A stretch of 46,560 nt of DNA from an uncultured Candidatus Saccharibacteria bacterium (GTDB taxonomy: Bacteria > Patescibacteriota > Minisyncoccia > Phycocordibacterales > Phycocordibacteraceae), in NCBI GenBank assembly GCA_964462415.1, contig CAYWWP010000003.1:1-46560 (forward strand). Reading direction: 5' to 3'. How positions within the stretch are numbered: position 1 is the stretch's first letter; each line of letters begins with the position of its first letter. The translations under genes and the position numbers were made by a program. This document shows positions 44,672 to 46,560 of the stretch, one piece after another. The notes beneath the pieces are model-generated. The model was not told where the DNA came from. It saw only the letters and a program-made list of their open reading frames with translations, and did not search any database.

Positions 44672-44747
44672 TGGAGCCGATGGCCGGGATTGAACCGGCG
44701 ACCTCATCCTTACCATGGATGCGCTCTACCGACTGAGCTACATCGGC
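44672..44747 (-). tRNA. tRNA-Thr (anticodon GGT), CCA encoded
   Basis: The reverse complement is GCCGATG..GCTCAGTCGGTAGAGC..CATCC-ATGGTAA-GGATG..GCCGG-TTCAATC-CCGGC..CATCGGC-T-CCA. Confidence 0.9.
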
Positions 44748-44896
44748 GGAGTCCCTCCGAGGAGGGACTCTGGCATCCTAACGTATTCCGGGAAATTCCT
44801 CAAACCCCGACAAGACGGGGATATCCCCCAGGGAGCCACACAGGCCCGAAAACGGCGGTATGCTATAGCTATACCAGCTTAGTACCCCGTCCTGCC

Positions 44897-45106
44897 ATGA
44901 ATCACATGAATCAGGAGAGTCACTGCTCATGCGCACACCATAAGCTAGGCTCTATCATTGTTATGCTTATCGGTCTCGCATTCTTGCTTGGAAACATGCA
45001 GGTTATCGACCCTCGCATAAGTGGACTTATCTGGCCAGCACTTCTTATTGTGTGGGGCTTCGTGAAGCTGATGGGCGGCTCGTGTAAGTGCTACATGCGC
45101 TCGTAA
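44897..45106 (+). CDS. small Cys/His-bearing two-TM protein (69 aa)
   Basis: MNHMNQESHCSCAHHKLG, then two hydrophobic helices, then GGSCKCYMRS. Only the distal part of tracked ORF 44591-45106 is plausible, because the rest overlaps the tRNAs. Confidence 0.55.
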   Translation: MNHMNQESHCSCAHHKLGSIIVMLIGLAFLLGNMQVIDPRISGLIWPALLIVWGFVKLMGGSCKCYMRS

Positions 45107-45124
45107 TCGAGAACGCCTCACTCA

Positions 45125-45156
45125 GGAAACCGGCGACCTATAGGTCGCCGGTTTCC
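45125..45156. terminator. perfect 16-bp palindromic bidirectional terminator
   Basis: ggaaaccggcgaccta/taggtcgccggtttcc. Confidence 0.75.
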
Positions 45157-45566
45157 TATTTCTTTTCCAATAGCTCAAGGATCCTATTAAGTTTCTCGTT
45201 CTCAATACGAGACAAGTCGAGCTGCAACCGCTCTATCTCCTGCTTGGCTTCTACGTTTGTCTGATAGTCTTCCTCCGCATGTACGCGATCGCGCTCGCTG
45301 GCACGATTCTGACTCATCATGATGATAGGCGCGGCATACGCAGCTTGCGTGGAGAACAGCAGGTTGAGCAGTATGAATGGATAGGGATCCCAGTGCATGG
45401 TGTATGCCAGGATATTGAGTGCCATCCAGAGAATGACAAAGATTGTTTGCAATACAATGAACTTCCAACTACCCATGAAATTAGCTACTCCATCAGCAAG
45501 TCGCTGACCAGTCGTTCTTGATTCTTTATGACGGGCATGCCAGTTGCGACGATGTGCGTGTTCCAT
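45156..45566 (-). CDS. DUF1003 family membrane protein
   Basis: GSWKFIVLQTIFVILWMALN...DPYPFILLNLLFS.QAAYAAPIIMMSQNR.. is the DUF1003 signature. Start moved to MEHAHRR. Confidence 0.8.
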   Translation of the reverse strand: MEHAHRRNWHARHKESRTTGQRLADGVANFMGSWKFIVLQTIFVILWMALNILAYTMHWDPYPFILLNLLFSTQAAYAAPIIMMSQNRASERDRVHAEEDYQTNVEAKQEIERLQLDLSRIENEKLNRILELLEKK

Positions 45567-45612
45567 ATCTAAAACGATAGCACTATACCCAGAGACTAAA
45601 GACGTATGTCCC

Positions 45613-46560
45613 CTAGTCCACATCTACTGTAAAGGCCGTTGGAATTACCTGACCATCCACTTTGAACTGTCCCCATACCGTATACCTACCTGATGTTGGA
45701 AATACGAGATGCGCTTCTACGCGTGGACCAAACTGCGGCGGTGTATACATGGATGCCATCGAGTGCACAACCTGGCCATTCTTTATACGGATAGGAGGGT
45801 ACGGTGTGCCGGGCGGGTGAATTTCTCCATGAGTGTGTACAAACGATGTGAAGTCGTTTTTTACCACTGCTATATGCATAGCGGCAGAGAGATACGGCGT
45901 GAGAGTGGTGACTGGCTTTCCGTCTTTGCTAAACTCGTACACCAGTGTCGTGGCTTCACCTGGGACCGGGATGCCGTACGAGAGCGATACATCATAGCCT
46001 CCAAATGTCCCACGACTCGGATACGTGACCTGGCTCACGCTTTCAGATGAATCACCTCCTACGTCTATAACAAATTGCTTGGAGCCAAGTGCGATACCAT
46101 GCGCATAATCAAGCGCTATCAGATACTTACCTGCTTTTGGGAAGGTATATCTAAATTGGTAGGTGGACGTTTCTTTTTGCACTTCCGTAATAGGAGCAAG
46201 GTCGTCAGGATGAATATGCGCAAACACTTGCTGATCTTTACTCACAATCACCATGTGGAGCAGCTTCTCCATGTCTACATACAAGAGCGCAGGGTCGCCT
46301 TGATCATTAGTGAGCGTAGCAGTGAAGGTTACCGGTGTTCCCGCCACGATTTGCTTCGTTGGTGTCAGGCCTACCGTGACTGCACCTAACGTACTAAGGT
46401 AATCGTATTCACGTTTATCGGTGATGAGATATGGATAGTCACCCATTCCCCACATACACCCCTCTTGTGGCACCTGTGCTACCGGTATGCCCGCACGAGT
46501 CGGAAGCATAGCGTGCCACATATTTCCGTCGTACTCACACTGCGCCTTGAACGGATTGAG
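45613..46560 (-). CDS. extracytoplasmic protein with two tandem Ig-like (YtkA/FixH-like) His-rich domains; 5' end probably outside the window
   Basis: Two repeats each carry a His cluster (FAHIHPDD; FVHTHGEIHPPG). The reading frame stays open to the window edge. Confidence 0.55.
   Translation of the reverse strand, partial: LNPFKAQCEYDGNMWHAMLPTRAGIPVAQVPQEGCMWGMGDYPYLITDKREYDYLSTLGAVTVGLTPTKQIVAGTPVTFTATLTNDQGDPALLYVDMEKLLHMVIVSKDQQVFAHIHPDDLAPITEVQKETSTYQFRYTFPKAGKYLIALDYAHGIALGSKQFVIDVGGDSSESVSQVTYPSRGTFGGYDVSLSYGIPVPGEATTLVYEFSKDGKPVTTLTPYLSAAMHIAVVKNDFTSFVHTHGEIHPPGTPYPPIRIKNGQVVHSMASMYTPPQFGPRVEAHLVFPTSGRYTVWGQFKVDGQVIPTAFTVDVD

Noticed and set aside
44591-44896. Proximal two-thirds of tracked ORF 44591-45106
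   Set aside because: It overlaps both tRNA-Thr genes on the opposite strand and has Arg/Pro-rich junk composition. Only the distal 69 codons, from the ATG at 44897, look like a real small membrane protein.

Overview
This is a gene-dense 46.6-kb chromosomal segment with about 50 protein genes, 4 tRNAs, very short spacers and several 4-nt gene overlaps. Most genes are housekeeping or stress genes. They include htpX-lemA, groES-groEL, secG, RNase J, a DEAD-box helicase, typA, mltG, pyrG, ftsE-ftsX, a shortened prfB, an RND efflux pair, a class II photolyase and a sensor kinase with a receiver. Oxidative-damage and thiol-redox genes are concentrated at 10.9-21.5 kb (two HhH glycosylases, bcp, VKOR, msrB, msrA, NUDIX, FMN reductase, VOC, DsbA). 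The protein sequences and architecture suggest a reduced monoderm genome, probably Patescibacteria/CPR (Parcubacteria-like); this is inference only. I found no CRISPR array, integrase, transposase or recognisable defence system. The points that stand out are listed here. (1) A complete alphaproteobacterial-type GcrA regulator sits as an insulated cassette with a Shine-Dalgarno (SD) site. (2) A roughly 0.9-kb islet next to tRNA-Ser is bounded by a copy of the tRNA 3' end and carries a self-contained, Trp-rich orphan gene. (3) A patch between lemA and groEL holds tandem SD-led small membrane ORFs. (4) Native genes look leaderless (a -10 box 5-8 nt before the ATG), while the few suspected acquired genes have AAGGAGG SD sites. 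(5) A candidate structured RNA of about 170-270 nt lies downstream of nth. (6) A 157-nt palindromic MITE-like element overlaps the MFS promoter. (7) Both HhH glycosylases lack a complete 4Fe-4S cysteine motif. (8) RNase J and the DEAD-box helicase both carry RGG-rich N-terminal tails. All functional calls rest on motif recognition by eye, and no database search was run.
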